From an uncultured Alphaproteobacteria bacterium (GTDB lineage: Bacteria > Pseudomonadota > Alphaproteobacteria > Sphingomonadales > Govanellaceae), in NCBI GenBank assembly GCA_963746725.1, contig CAVVCF010000007.1, positions 169,979 to 233,978 of the forward strand: a DNA stretch of 64,000 bases, given 5' to 3'. Below the pieces are notes generated by a model, which worked only from the letters and a program-made list of their open reading frames with translations, was not told the origin of the DNA and did no database searches. Each line of letters starts with the position of its first letter. Positions within the stretch are counted from its first letter, which is position 1. Positions 45,878 to 55,999 of this stretch are shown here, piece after piece. The translations under genes and the position numbers were made by a program.

Positions 45878-46144
45878 TTATCCTTCTCGTTCTTTTCCTT
45901 CGTCAAACCCGATCACTGCGTTTTCGCCAAGGTGTGACATGGCAAGCCCGGTGAGCGCGCTGACCTGTTCCGTAATCGGACGGCTGTCCCGCGGCGCAGC
46001 GGCGCGCGCCATCCAGCCGGGAGGTTCCTTGCGCTTGTACAGCATCAGAACAATGGCCAGACGGGGAACCACGGTAAATCCCCGAGGGGGCGAGACCTCC
46101 GGCCCTTTCGGGGTCAGGTCCGGTGAGGGGGACAGTTGGTTCAC
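45878..46144 (-). CDS. Possible 88-aa protein coupled to the upstream secreted-protein gene
   Basis: GTG at 46144 overlaps the TGA of ORF 46141..46494 (GTGA). No family recognised. Confidence 0.3.
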   Translation of the reverse strand: MNQLSPSPDLTPKGPEVSPPRGFTVVPRLAIVLMLYKRKEPPGWMARAAAPRDSRPITEQVSALTGLAMSHLGENAVIGFDEGKEREG

Positions 46145-46494
46145 CTGATTGTCGCGCTGACGTCCTGGCGGTCATTTGCTTCGGCGCGACCGACGTCGTC
46201 AGTCAGATAAGGGGTGCGCGCGGAAGGGTCGACTTCAATTTCCAAAACATGAGTCGCGTCTTCGTTGACGGTAATACTGCGCTCTTTAAGGGCCGCTTTC
46301 ACCACCGCCACGGCGGCCATGGTTTCATCGTTGTCGTCAAGCGGGTCGATAGCGACAGCCTTTGGCATGGCGAAGGGATCGAGCACGCGCGCAATCAGGG
46401 TTTCCCCCGCCGAGGCCGCGCCCGCGAAGGCGAGGACGAAAACGGCGAAACAAAAAGCGGTCGGTGCCGCAATTCGATATTTTTTCAGGATCAT
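46141..46494 (-). CDS. Hypothetical secreted protein (117 aa)
   Basis: Signal peptide MILKKYRIAAPTAFCFAVFVLAFAGAASA and an acidic mature part. Divergent from the M2 peptidase gene. Confidence 0.5.
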   Translation of the reverse strand: MILKKYRIAAPTAFCFAVFVLAFAGAASAGETLIARVLDPFAMPKAVAIDPLDDNDETMAAVAVVKAALKERSITVNEDATHVLEIEVDPSARTPYLTDDVGRAEANDRQDVSATIR

Positions 46495-46716
46495 GGTGTC
46501 TCTTCATTTAAAATCTTGCGGGTAGCGCGCACGACGAGCCTGGCGGCGACCGTGAGTCCAGCACGACCTGGACGTTGTGCTTGAGCATAACAGGACAGTT
46601 GGACTGGCGGTAGGAATATCCGCCGTCCAACGCCATGTGTCAGGGTCAGATCTTCCTTGCCGAACCCCGTTTGGTCATTACACTGGTCGTCCCCTGGGTA
46701 GTTTAAGGCATTCCTC

Positions 46717-48540
46717 ATGTATGGCATTCGCGGCTGTTGCCTCACCCTGAGTTTGGCTGTCTTGCTCCATGGCTTGCCCGAACAGGCCCGGGCCGACCCT
46801 TCGGCTGCCCCACCGGCGAATGCAGCCGCCGCCCGGACCTTTGTCGCCGAGACCAGCGCCAGACTGAAGGCGCTGTGGATTGCCGCATCCAAGGCGTCTT
46901 GGGCCAAGGCGACGAACATTACCGACGCCACGGTGGCCGCCGAGGCGGCGGCCAACGCGAAGGTCCTCGCCGCCGAAGCAGAAGCCATTCGCGGTGCCGC
47001 CCGGTTTAACGGTGTGAAGACCGACACCGATACCCGGCGCCAGCTCGAACTCATCAAGATCATGTCATCGTCGCCCGCCCCTGCGGACCCGCAAAAGGTC
47101 GCCGAGCTTGCGGATATCATGAGCCGGATGGAGGCGATCTATGGCGAGGGCAAGGTTTGCGAGAACGGCAAATGCCGGACGCTTGAGGACCTGAGCGACG
47201 TCATGGCAACGAGCCGCGACCCGAACGAGCTCCGCAAAGCCTGGGTCGAGTGGCGCACCATATCGCCCAGGATCAAGCCGCTTTACGAGCGCTTCGTGGC
47301 CCTCACCAGCGAAGGAGCGCAGGAGATCGGGTTTGCTGACCTCAGCGCGCTATGGCGGTCAGGTTACGACATGACGCCGGAAGAGTTTTCGGCGGAAGTC
47401 GACCGGCTGTGGCGGCAAGTGGCCCCGTTCTATCAATCGCTCCATTGCTATGTGCGGGCCCGGCTCAATGGGTACTATGGCGACGCCGTGGCGCCGGCCC
47501 AGGGGCGCATTCCGGCGCATCTTCTGGGCAACATGTGGTCGCAGAGCTGGGGCAATATCTATGACATTGTGGAGCCCTATCCGGACGCGGTGAGCGTAGA
47601 CCCCACGGCGGCGCTGAAAGCCCAGCACTATGATCCGATTCGCATGGTCAGGCTCGGCGAGAATTTCTTTTCGTCCCTCGGCTTCGCCCCGCTGCCCGCG
47701 ACGTTCTGGCAGCGCTCGATGTTCACCAAGCCGAATGATCGGGAGGTGGTGTGTCACGCCAGCGCCTGGGACCTCAACTTCGGTGACGATCTCAGGGTCA
47801 AGATGTGCATCAAGACGACCTATGAAGATCTGGTGACCATTCATCACGAGCTTGGTCACAATTATTACCAGCGGGCCTACGATGCTCTTCCGGTGCTTTA
47901 CCAGTCGGGGGCGAACGATGGCTTTCACGAGGCGGTGGGCGACACCATCGCGCTATCCATCACGCCTGCCTACCTGAAGTCCATTGGCCTTGCCGACAGC
48001 GCGAGCGAGGGCGCGCACGCGGTGATCAACACCGAGATGCAGTTGGCGCTCGAAAAGATCGCGTTCCTGCCCTTCGGCAAGCTGGTAGACCAGTGGCGAT
48101 GGGGTGTGTTTTCGGGTGCCATTCCACCGGACCATTACAACAGCGCTTGGTGGGATCTGCGCCGCAAATATCAGGGGATCGAGCCTCCGGTAGCCCGGTC
48201 CGACGCCGACTTCGACCCCGGAGCCAAGTATCATATCCCGGCCAATACGCCCTACGCCCGCTATTTCCTATCGTTCATCCTGCAGTTTCAGTTCCACAAG
48301 GCGCTGTGCGATGCGGCGGGCTGGAAAGGGCCGCTTCATGAATGTTCGATCTATGGATCCAGGGCCGCCGGCGAGAAACTCAACGCCATGCTCGAAATGG
48401 GCCAATCGAGGCCGTGGCGCGACGCGCTATACGCCATGACCGGCAGGCGGGAGATCGACGCCGCCGCGCTCATGGAATATTTCGCGCCACTCAGGCGTTG
48501 GCTCGAAGAGCAGAACAAGGGGCGCCAGTGCGGCTGGTGA
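46717..48540 (+). CDS. M2-family zinc metallopeptidase (peptidyl-dipeptidase A, angiotensin-converting-enzyme homologue), secreted
   Basis: Signal peptide. ...TIHHELGHNYYQ... (HEXXH) with a downstream ...FHEAVGD... third zinc ligand. 607 aa, typical of a single-domain ACE-like enzyme. Confidence 0.88.
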   Translation: MYGIRGCCLTLSLAVLLHGLPEQARADPSAAPPANAAAARTFVAETSARLKALWIAASKASWAKATNITDATVAAEAAANAKVLAAEAEAIRGAARFNGVKTDTDTRRQLELIKIMSSSPAPADPQKVAELADIMSRMEAIYGEGKVCENGKCRTLEDLSDVMATSRDPNELRKAWVEWRTISPRIKPLYERFVALTSEGAQEIGFADLSALWRSGYDMTPEEFSAEVDRLWRQVAPFYQSLHCYVRARLNGYYGDAVAPAQGRIPAHLLGNMWSQSWGNIYDIVEPYPDAVSVDPTAALKAQHYDPIRMVRLGENFFSSLGFAPLPATFWQRSMFTKPNDREVVCHASAWDLNFGDDLRVKMCIKTTYEDLVTIHHELGHNYYQRAYDALPVLYQSGANDGFHEAVGDTIALSITPAYLKSIGLADSASEGAHAVINTEMQLALEKIAFLPFGKLVDQWRWGVFSGAIPPDHYNSAWWDLRRKYQGIEPPVARSDADFDPGAKYHIPANTPYARYFLSFILQFQFHKALCDAAGWKGPLHECSIYGSRAAGEKLNAMLEMGQSRPWRDALYAMTGRREIDAAALMEYFAPLRRWLEEQNKGRQCGW

Positions 48541-48547
48541 ACCGCCG

Positions 48548-49639
48548 TCAAAGGGCCTCGACGGGGGTATACGGCTCGGTCAGACCGAAACTCGCCGGGC
48601 CGAAGAAGTCCCGCGATTTCTCGTCCCGGAGCTGCGGCGGCGCGCTCATGGCCAGGACCTTGACCCGCTGGCCGTAGCGCAGCGCCTGGGTCGGGATCGG
48701 CGCACCGGTTTCCCGATCGACGATGCAAATCAGGTCGGGCACGATGGCCTTGAGCTTTCCGTCGACCCGAACCGACAGGTTCTCGTTCTGGAAAACGACC
48801 TCGGCTTTGGAATCCTCCGCGCCGAGCGACGTCAGATGGCAGTGCCCAACCGAGAATCCCGCCGCTGTTTTGCGCTCCAGGTCGTTGATCTTGCCGTCGA
48901 ACACCACCTTGGCATGGAAATAGTAGGGTGTGGTGCGCAGGTAGTTCACCAGTGCATCGACCGGGTCCAGTTTCGACCGCGCGTCCCGCAGCGTTCTGCC
49001 AATTTCAAAGGCAATCCGGAGCGTGCCTGCTATGGCCGTGTCCTTGACCTGGCGGCCGGTCATCGGGAAGCCGGCAATAAAAACCCGAAGCCCCATCCGG
49101 ATGGCGAGCGCCCGGGTCATGTCCTCGGCGATCTTGTCCGTTTCGGCCTCGATCACCGCGTAGTTGAGGTGCTCGTCGACCACCACCAGCGGCGTCGCCC
49201 TGATACCGAGCGCGCTGAAATTGTTCATCTGTAATTCGGGGAAGGCGCGGCCCATCCCGTCGCCGTCGATCACCGGAATGCCACGCGTAGCGGCGACCAT
49301 GATCGGCGTCATCGAGTTGCCGCCGCCGATTTCCGCTGGAATGAGGGCGTCGACCTTGCGGCCGGTAACCTGTTCGAGCTTGGAGAGCGCGAACAGCACC
49401 TCGTCGCCATGGATCAGTTTCTCCATCTGCACCGTCGGCGCCCCGAATCCGGCAATGGAGAACACGTTCATTTCGTCGTCGATCTCGGCCGGGTCGAGGA
49501 GCGTGGGCGAGCCATGCTCCTCGATCGCCTGCTGGACGATCAGGCGACCGATATAGGGGTCGCCGCCGCCGCCCGTTCCCAGAAAGGCCGCACCTTCGGC
49601 GAGACATTCAAGATCTTCGATACCAAGTTTCCAGCTCAT
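48548..49639 (-). CDS. DUF917 domain protein
   Basis: ...LAEGAAFLGTGGGGDPYIGRL... N-terminal signature. 363 aa. Usually paired with a hydantoinase_A-type gene, which is present at 54260..55841. Confidence 0.85.
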   Translation of the reverse strand: MSWKLGIEDLECLAEGAAFLGTGGGGDPYIGRLIVQQAIEEHGSPTLLDPAEIDDEMNVFSIAGFGAPTVQMEKLIHGDEVLFALSKLEQVTGRKVDALIPAEIGGGNSMTPIMVAATRGIPVIDGDGMGRAFPELQMNNFSALGIRATPLVVVDEHLNYAVIEAETDKIAEDMTRALAIRMGLRVFIAGFPMTGRQVKDTAIAGTLRIAFEIGRTLRDARSKLDPVDALVNYLRTTPYYFHAKVVFDGKINDLERKTAAGFSVGHCHLTSLGAEDSKAEVVFQNENLSVRVDGKLKAIVPDLICIVDRETGAPIPTQALRYGQRVKVLAMSAPPQLRDEKSRDFFGPASFGLTEPYTPVEAL

Positions 49640-49713
49640 GCTTCCTCGTAAGATTTTTCGCGGATGCTGTCGGCCATGCCGAAGGTGCAGCTCCCGATTA
49701 GTTAGTCAACCGC

Positions 49714-50478
49714 TTAAAGCTTCGGCGAAAGCGGAAATTTCCCGTAACCCGTGAAGCTCTTGTTCCCCGGACCCGGGTAGGCGAGCGGGCTGTGCGACAG
49801 ACCCGCCCTGACAAGAGCGAATGCGGTCATCACCGTGGCAGGCAGTGGATCAATCACAGGCGCCGCCTTGCCTGCATTTCTGAGGTTATTCGCCAGCTCT
49901 GCCCCCAGGCCGATAAATCCGGTGCAACCAAGCACGATCACATCGGCATGGTCGTCATCGATGGCCGCCAGGGATTCCCTGGTCATACGCTCAACAAGCT
50001 CTTCGTGGCTGTCGTTAATGTCGAGCACAGGAACATCAACCACCCGAACCGGTGTCATCTGTCTTGCCACACCGTAGATGCGCGCATGTTTTTCGATCAT
50101 GGGTCGAACACTGTCAGCGACGGTGACGAAGCAGAACTTGTGACCCATCATGGCTGCGAGATGCAGGCCCGTTTCGCCAGGCCCCAGAACCGGGATGTTG
50201 ACACATTCACGCGCCGCGTCCAAACCGGGATCGCCCATGCAATCTATGATAACGGCGTCGATGCCTTGCTGTTCGGCTTCGATGGCCCGGGCTACGACGT
50301 AAGGGGCACTCAGCATTTCGTCGAATTCGGTCTCGATGGACTGAGGGCCACTGTCCAGCTTGACCATGTCGATATCAAACAGATCGGCGAACTGCGTGAA
50401 CGCCTGGAGCTTGAATGACCGGTCATTGGTGTTTGTTCCGATGATTCTGATTCGGATCGGGGGTCTATCTTCGTTCAT
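49714..50478 (-). CDS. Asp/Glu/hydantoin racemase family protein
   Basis: ATG at 50478. ...DAVIIDCMGDPGLDAAREC..IPVLGPGE... and ...VIVLGCTGF... are the two catalytic-Cys motifs. Confidence 0.85.
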   Translation of the reverse strand: MNEDRPPIRIRIIGTNTNDRSFKLQAFTQFADLFDIDMVKLDSGPQSIETEFDEMLSAPYVVARAIEAEQQGIDAVIIDCMGDPGLDAARECVNIPVLGPGETGLHLAAMMGHKFCFVTVADSVRPMIEKHARIYGVARQMTPVRVVDVPVLDINDSHEELVERMTRESLAAIDDDHADVIVLGCTGFIGLGAELANNLRNAGKAAPVIDPLPATVMTAFALVRAGLSHSPLAYPGPGNKSFTGYGKFPLSPKL

Positions 50479-50589
50479 AGGTTTAATCCTCTGGTTCGAT
50501 GGGTGTCGGTGTATGGATTTCCATACAGGAATGCCCAAATTATATGGGTGTCCAGAGGACGGTGACGCTGGTGAAGTGTGACATTAAAT

Positions 50590-51918
50590 TCACTCGGTCC
50601 CTACCGGTATCTCACTGCGCGGTCCTTCCGCAGGAGCCGGCCGGGGCTCGCTGCGGGCCCATCCGAACTGGTAAAACGCCAGATACAATGTCAGAGCCGT
50701 CAAAATGGAATCGCACGCCGGAATCGTGGTGAAAGTAAACACGTGATTGGTCGTCAGAAGCGCAACCGCGATGGCAGCCGCCCAGGAGATGAGCGCTGGA
50801 ATGCGGAAGGCCGGGACCTCGGCCCACGTGGACACATCAATGTGGCCGCGTCGCACGATGAAGAAATCCGCAATATAAACGCTGGCGATGGGAGGAACCG
50901 AAAAGCCGACCAGCAGAAGGACCGGAATAAGGTAGGTCGTAATGCCGCCAACCGCCAGGATTGTCCCGATGACGCCGATGATGACCACCAATGTTTTTTG
51001 TTTCACCCGGCGGGTTACCGTACCCATCATCAGGGACGACGAATAAAGGTTCCCGGTATTGGTTGTCCATGCGGTGAACACGAGAAGCAACAGAGCCGGC
51101 ACGCCAAGACCAAGACCGACCATGATGGCAATCAGGTTGCCTTCGCCGGTCGCGACACTGGGCAGCGCGGTGAGGCAGAGCACCAGCGGCAACCCGGCGC
51201 CGACCGTAAGGAACGCGGCGAGACGGGCATGGGGCGGGGTATGAGCGAACCGGCAGACATCGGGGAATATGGAGACGCCTGCCGCCATCGCCCCTACCAC
51301 CGCCGATATACCAACGCCAATGGCAAGGGGGTTTGCTGGAACAGCCGTCAATGCGCCGGGCGCAGCCTTTTGAAATCCGAGGTAGGCAATAATGGCGAGC
51401 CCGATCAGCAGCAACGGAACCGCCATGTCCGCCAGGCGCTGCAGGCCGCGGATACCGTATATCGTGGTAAGGACCATAAGGATGGATCCCAGGATAATAT
51501 ACGCGGCAGAGCCGAGATGAAAGTTGAGCACATCGCCCGGAATACGTTCCAGGCTTTGGCCGAACAGTTCGGCCGTAACGGCGTACCAACCGGTCAGCGT
51601 GGCCGCCAGCGCAACGCTGACCGCCTGCGCCCCCAGTCGCCCGAACACGAACTGGATCAGCATGGCTGTGGACAAACGGGTGCGCGCGCCCACGGTTGCA
51701 GTTCCGGCTCCGAGAATGAACAGGATCGCACCGCCGCTGAAAAATGCTATGACGCTGCGTTCAAAACCCATCGTGAAGCCAAGCTTTGCCCCCATGATGA
51801 AGGCGGGAAGCGCGATCAGGACGCCCACTTTGATCAGGGCGATCCGCCAGCCGCTGATTCCGATGTGCCCGGGCACTGGCTCGCGGGCGAATTCATTGCC
51901 TGTTGGATCGACAGTCAT
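50590..51918 (-). CDS. NCS1-family (cytosine/purine/uracil/allantoin/hydantoin) permease
   Basis: 442 aa, about 12 TM. The N-terminal ...GHIGISGWRIALIKVGVLIALPAFIMG... resembles CodB/Mhp1-type permeases. Confidence 0.85.
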   Translation of the reverse strand: MTVDPTGNEFAREPVPGHIGISGWRIALIKVGVLIALPAFIMGAKLGFTMGFERSVIAFFSGGAILFILGAGTATVGARTRLSTAMLIQFVFGRLGAQAVSVALAATLTGWYAVTAELFGQSLERIPGDVLNFHLGSAAYIILGSILMVLTTIYGIRGLQRLADMAVPLLLIGLAIIAYLGFQKAAPGALTAVPANPLAIGVGISAVVGAMAAGVSIFPDVCRFAHTPPHARLAAFLTVGAGLPLVLCLTALPSVATGEGNLIAIMVGLGLGVPALLLLVFTAWTTNTGNLYSSSLMMGTVTRRVKQKTLVVIIGVIGTILAVGGITTYLIPVLLLVGFSVPPIASVYIADFFIVRRGHIDVSTWAEVPAFRIPALISWAAAIAVALLTTNHVFTFTTIPACDSILTALTLYLAFYQFGWARSEPRPAPAEGPRSEIPVGTE

Positions 51919-52041
51919 GCATGCCTCCGGGGTGATGGAACAGCGATTAATAAAGTCTACTATCGGTAGGGTGATTTAGGTGAAAAAAGAGCAGCTCTCT
52001 CTCGGAGCGACCTGAGAGAGAGCTGCACAAAGGTTTGCCAC

Positions 52042-54216
52042 CTAGAATCTGTATGACGCTTCTACACCGTAGGAGCGCGGCTGGTTGGGCATCCGAACGC
52101 CGGACGACGGGTTGAGGTACGGCGCATATCTGTTATCCGTCAGGTTCTTGCCCCAGACAGCGAAGGACCACCCGTCAGTGGATTCAAGAGCGATCTTTCC
52201 ACTGATGAAGCTATGAGCGCCGCCTTTCGCCTTGTTAGCGATGTCGAGATACATACCGCCCTGACGGCGAAAGTCGGCATGGAAAATCAGATTAAGATTG
52301 TCGCTGACCGGCTGGGTGTAGGTTCCAGAGAGGTTGAAGGTGAACGCCGGAACAAACGGAGATTTATTGCCGATGACAGCGTTGATCTGGTCTGCCGGGA
52401 CGAGCGCGTTGGGATCGATTTTCAACGCCACGGAGTCAGACACGCCGATGCCAGCTGACAGGCGTAACTTGTCAGTGGGGGCGGCGGACATTTCCAGCTC
52501 CATCCCATCCACGCGGGACTGGCGGATGTTGATGACGCCGCGTGCCGTCTGGAAATCGCCATTTTCGTCGTAGTAGAAGTTTACGAACGAGACCTGCTGG
52601 TTGGAGTAATCGATATGGTACGCAGCACCGCTCATGCTCAGCAGACCTTCAAACAACGTTGACTTGAAGCCGATTTCATAGTTCTTGGTCACTTCATTGT
52701 CGAACTTGCCGGTTTGGGTATAGCCGCCGGTCCGGAACCCTTGAGCGTAGCTGACGTAGGTCATGAAGGTGTCCGTCCAGTGGTATGACAAGACCGCTTT
52801 GGGCTGGAACTTCGCGAACGTGGCTTCCTTGTATGTGCCGGTCCAATTGCCCCTATCGAAAGAATTCTGCTTGTCGTGGTCATAGCGTCCAGCCAGTGTC
52901 GCCGTCAGCTTGTTGGTGAGGTCATAGTCCATTGACGCGAAAGCCGCCCACAAATTGCTGCGCGTTTCGGTATCAATATGCGCTAAGCTTGGGACGACAG
53001 ACGCCAGGTCGTAAGGGTCTGCGGGTTGCGGCCCGACCCGGGCATCGAGAGCCTCAAAGCGATGCTGATAAAACCCACCGACAATCCACCGGAAACGCCC
53101 GTCGTTGTTGGATGTGAGGCGTAGTTCCTCGTTGGTTACGTTAGTCCTGAAGTAGTCGTCCTGCACGACCAGCGGCGCCGATGTGTAATCGCCGTCCGCG
53201 TAAAGGTGCTGTAGAACGTGGTTGTGAGCCGTAACCGACGTTAACGTGAACCCATCGAAGTCATAATCGATTTTTAAAGCTTCGCTTGACAGATTGTCCC
53301 ATGTTTTACCCCTGATATTGGTATCGGGACCCGGATCGGTGACGTTGTCGATAGTCACATACTTTCCGTTGGCATCAATGAAGTTCCAGTTCCCGGCTGC
53401 GTCCTTGGGCGCATGGTCGAGGAAGGCGCCAGACCCTATTCCTTTGGTATAACTGCCTTGCAGACGAATCTTGAGACGGTCGCCTCTGTACTCCAGTTGG
53501 GCTCGGCCTGACCCCTGATCGATGTTGTCAACATCTTGTTTCAAGTAGTGGTTGTAGATCAGGCCACCGAAATACTTGTAATAACCACTGGCACGGGCGA
53601 AAAGTTTGTCCTTCACAATGGGGCCGGACAATGCGCCGGCCGCCCTGAAGTACTTGCCATTGCCATAGGTCAGCTTGCCAAACCCTTCGAAGTCGTTGGT
53701 CGGCTGCTTGGTGATGATGTTGATGGCCCCGGCAATAGCGCCCTGACCATAGAGCGCACCCTGCGGACCGCGCAGAATTTCGATCCGCTGAATGTCGATC
53801 AGGTCCTGGTTGATGAAATCGTTGGACCCGTACTGAACGCCGTCGACCACAAAGGCGACCGGCGGCAGCGACCCTTGAGCGCTGGAAATACCGCGCATGG
53901 TCAGGAAGGTCTCGTTCGAGCGGAAGGTTTCGCGCACGATGAGGTTCGGTGTCAGGTCGACAAACCCGCGAAGGCCGGTTACGTTCGATATCTGCAACTG
54001 CTGAGCACCCAATACCTTGATCGAATCCGGCACATCTTGCAGTTTTTCCTCGCGTTTGCGCGACGTCACCGTGATTTCTTCCAGTGCCTTGTATTTGCTT
54101 GTTGCCGCGTCCGTAGCCGCGACCGCTGTTCCTGCTCCGACTGCCCCCGCCGCGCTGGCGATGGTTGTTGTAATGAGAAGGCTCCTGAGAATCTTGCTCT
54201 CCCCGAATTTCCACAT
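52042..54216 (-). CDS. TonB-dependent outer-membrane receptor
   Basis: Signal peptide, plug domain (...EEITVTSRKREEKLQDVPDSIKVL...IEILRGPQGALYGQGAIAGAINIITK...), and a C-terminal ...PRSYGVEASYRF barrel terminus. Confidence 0.9.
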   Translation of the reverse strand: MWKFGESKILRSLLITTTIASAAGAVGAGTAVAATDAATSKYKALEEITVTSRKREEKLQDVPDSIKVLGAQQLQISNVTGLRGFVDLTPNLIVRETFRSNETFLTMRGISSAQGSLPPVAFVVDGVQYGSNDFINQDLIDIQRIEILRGPQGALYGQGAIAGAINIITKQPTNDFEGFGKLTYGNGKYFRAAGALSGPIVKDKLFARASGYYKYFGGLIYNHYLKQDVDNIDQGSGRAQLEYRGDRLKIRLQGSYTKGIGSGAFLDHAPKDAAGNWNFIDANGKYVTIDNVTDPGPDTNIRGKTWDNLSSEALKIDYDFDGFTLTSVTAHNHVLQHLYADGDYTSAPLVVQDDYFRTNVTNEELRLTSNNDGRFRWIVGGFYQHRFEALDARVGPQPADPYDLASVVPSLAHIDTETRSNLWAAFASMDYDLTNKLTATLAGRYDHDKQNSFDRGNWTGTYKEATFAKFQPKAVLSYHWTDTFMTYVSYAQGFRTGGYTQTGKFDNEVTKNYEIGFKSTLFEGLLSMSGAAYHIDYSNQQVSFVNFYYDENGDFQTARGVINIRQSRVDGMELEMSAAPTDKLRLSAGIGVSDSVALKIDPNALVPADQINAVIGNKSPFVPAFTFNLSGTYTQPVSDNLNLIFHADFRRQGGMYLDIANKAKGGAHSFISGKIALESTDGWSFAVWGKNLTDNRYAPYLNPSSGVRMPNQPRSYGVEASYRF

Positions 54217-54259
54217 GTGACTTTCTCCTATGAGTTGGTGTGGAATTGTTACTTACACA

Positions 54260-55841
54260 TCAAATTTGCGCCGTTTCCGACGCGCCGGTCATCGACGGGC
54301 TCAGGTCAAGCGCACCTGCGGCCTTGACCCTGACCCGGACGGCCCCGCCCGGCACATAGGCCAGCGGAACCTCGTCGATATCGAAAATCCGTATGGAACT
54401 CTTTTCGGCGCCCGCCTCGAGCGCCGCGTCAATGGCATGCTGCTTGGCGTCCGCGAGGGCCGCGTCCCGGCCCATGGTGCCGTAGCTGTAGACCCGGTCT
54501 GTCTCCCCGCCCACCTGGGCGATGGCTGCACCGATCGCGTTGGCGACGGGTGCGTGGTCGGGCACGATGACCTCGGACGCGCCGGCCAGATCCCGATTGA
54601 TCAGGATCGATCCGCCGCCGACCAGGATGACCGGGACAGGGTCCGGGCTGGTTTTCATCCGGTCGATCCCTTCTTCAACCATGGCATGGATGCGGTCGAC
54701 CGCCGCTTCGACGAACTGTCCGGAAAGATGAGCCGCGCGTTCCCTGTCGCCCACATCCGCGTAACCGGCGGCGACGGCAATATCCGTGGCGGTCAGAAGT
54801 CTCGCCACCGAAGATGATCGCTTCCTCCAGAATGCGATAGCCCACCGACTGCGGGCCGATGGACAGGGGGCCGTCGTTTTTCACAAGGCTCCCGCCGCCA
54901 AGGCCGAGCGCCAGGATATCCGGCATGCGGAAGTTGGTGCGAACGCCGCCGATATCCACATTGAGAGATGATTCACGCGGGAAACCGTGAACCAGCACGC
55001 CGATGTCTGTGGTGGTGCCGCCGATATCGATCACCAGCCCGTCGCTGATCCCCGATAGGAATGCGGCGCCGCGCATACTGTTGGTGGGGCCGGAGGCGAA
55101 GGTGAGAACGGGAAACCGTTCGACCACATCCGCGCTCATCAAGGTACCGTCGTTCTGGCTGATGAAAAACGGCGCGTCGATCTTCAGGTCCGAAAGCGCC
55201 TTGCGGAAGGAGCTCACCACGTCTGTCGCAAGCCGGCTCAGGCTGGCATTGATAATCGCGGCGTTTTCCCGCTCCAGAATGCCGAGACGGCCGATGCTGT
55301 GCGATAGCGTAATCTGAGCGTCCGGATGCTCGTTCAGGATGATTTCCGCCGCGCGCATTTCCATGTCGGCATTGAGTGGCGAGAACAAACCGCTGACAGC
55401 AATCGCGCCAAGGCCGGCTTCGCGGATGCTGCGGGCTGCGTCGGCGACCGCGGCCTCGTCGAGCTGGCTGTTGATGCTGCCGTCATACTGATATCCGCCG
55501 CGCACCAGATGGACTTCGCCACAGACGATGTCCTTCAGGTCCTCGGGCCAGGCGACGAAGGGGCGCAGTCCCGCAGTGGCGGGCAGGGCGATCCGGACGA
55601 CGCCAACCGGCAGCAGCTTGCGGCGCTCCACCACGGCATTGGTGAACTGGGTGGTGCCGATCATGACGCTGTCTATGGGATAATCGCCGTTTGCGGGGCT
55701 CCCCAGAAGCTCGTTGATGACGTTGATGATGCCGGAACGGACGTCTGCGGTGGTCGGCATCTTCTTCCAGGCCCGAACCCGGCTGCCGTCCAGAAGAACA
55801 GCGTCCGTGTTTGTGCCTCCAACATCGATGCCGATACGCAT
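54260..55841 (-). pseudogene. Hydantoinase/oxoprolinase (Hydantoinase_A-type) family protein, apparent frameshift
   Basis: MRIGIDVGGTNTDAVL... N-terminus (ATG at 55841 follows gggggg) is in the frame of ORF 54675..55904 up to ...ILEEAIIFGGE. The C-terminal 180 aa or so (...LTATDIAVAAGYADVG...PVILVGGGSIL...) lie in the frame of ORF 54260..54808. The junction is near 54795-54803. Confidence 0.75.
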
Positions 55842-55999
55842 GAACCCCCCAAGATCTGCCATTGCAGTGTCTTCAGGGTTAGGTCGCGTATCAGCGGAAG
55901 CCAAGGAAGCCGGAGAGTAGGCGGGGGGTTCCGGTGAGGGGGGCCATAAAGACGGATTAAGCGGGAGACCTACTCATTCGGGTAGTCAAAGGGGAAAGA

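Noticed and set aside
45496-45906. 136-aa minus-strand ORF overlapping the end of the XRE gene.
   Set aside because: It has a TTG start and a low-complexity Ser/Arg/Asp-rich product. The opposite strand carries recognisable, though frame-broken, S24 peptidase blocks, which explain the open frame.
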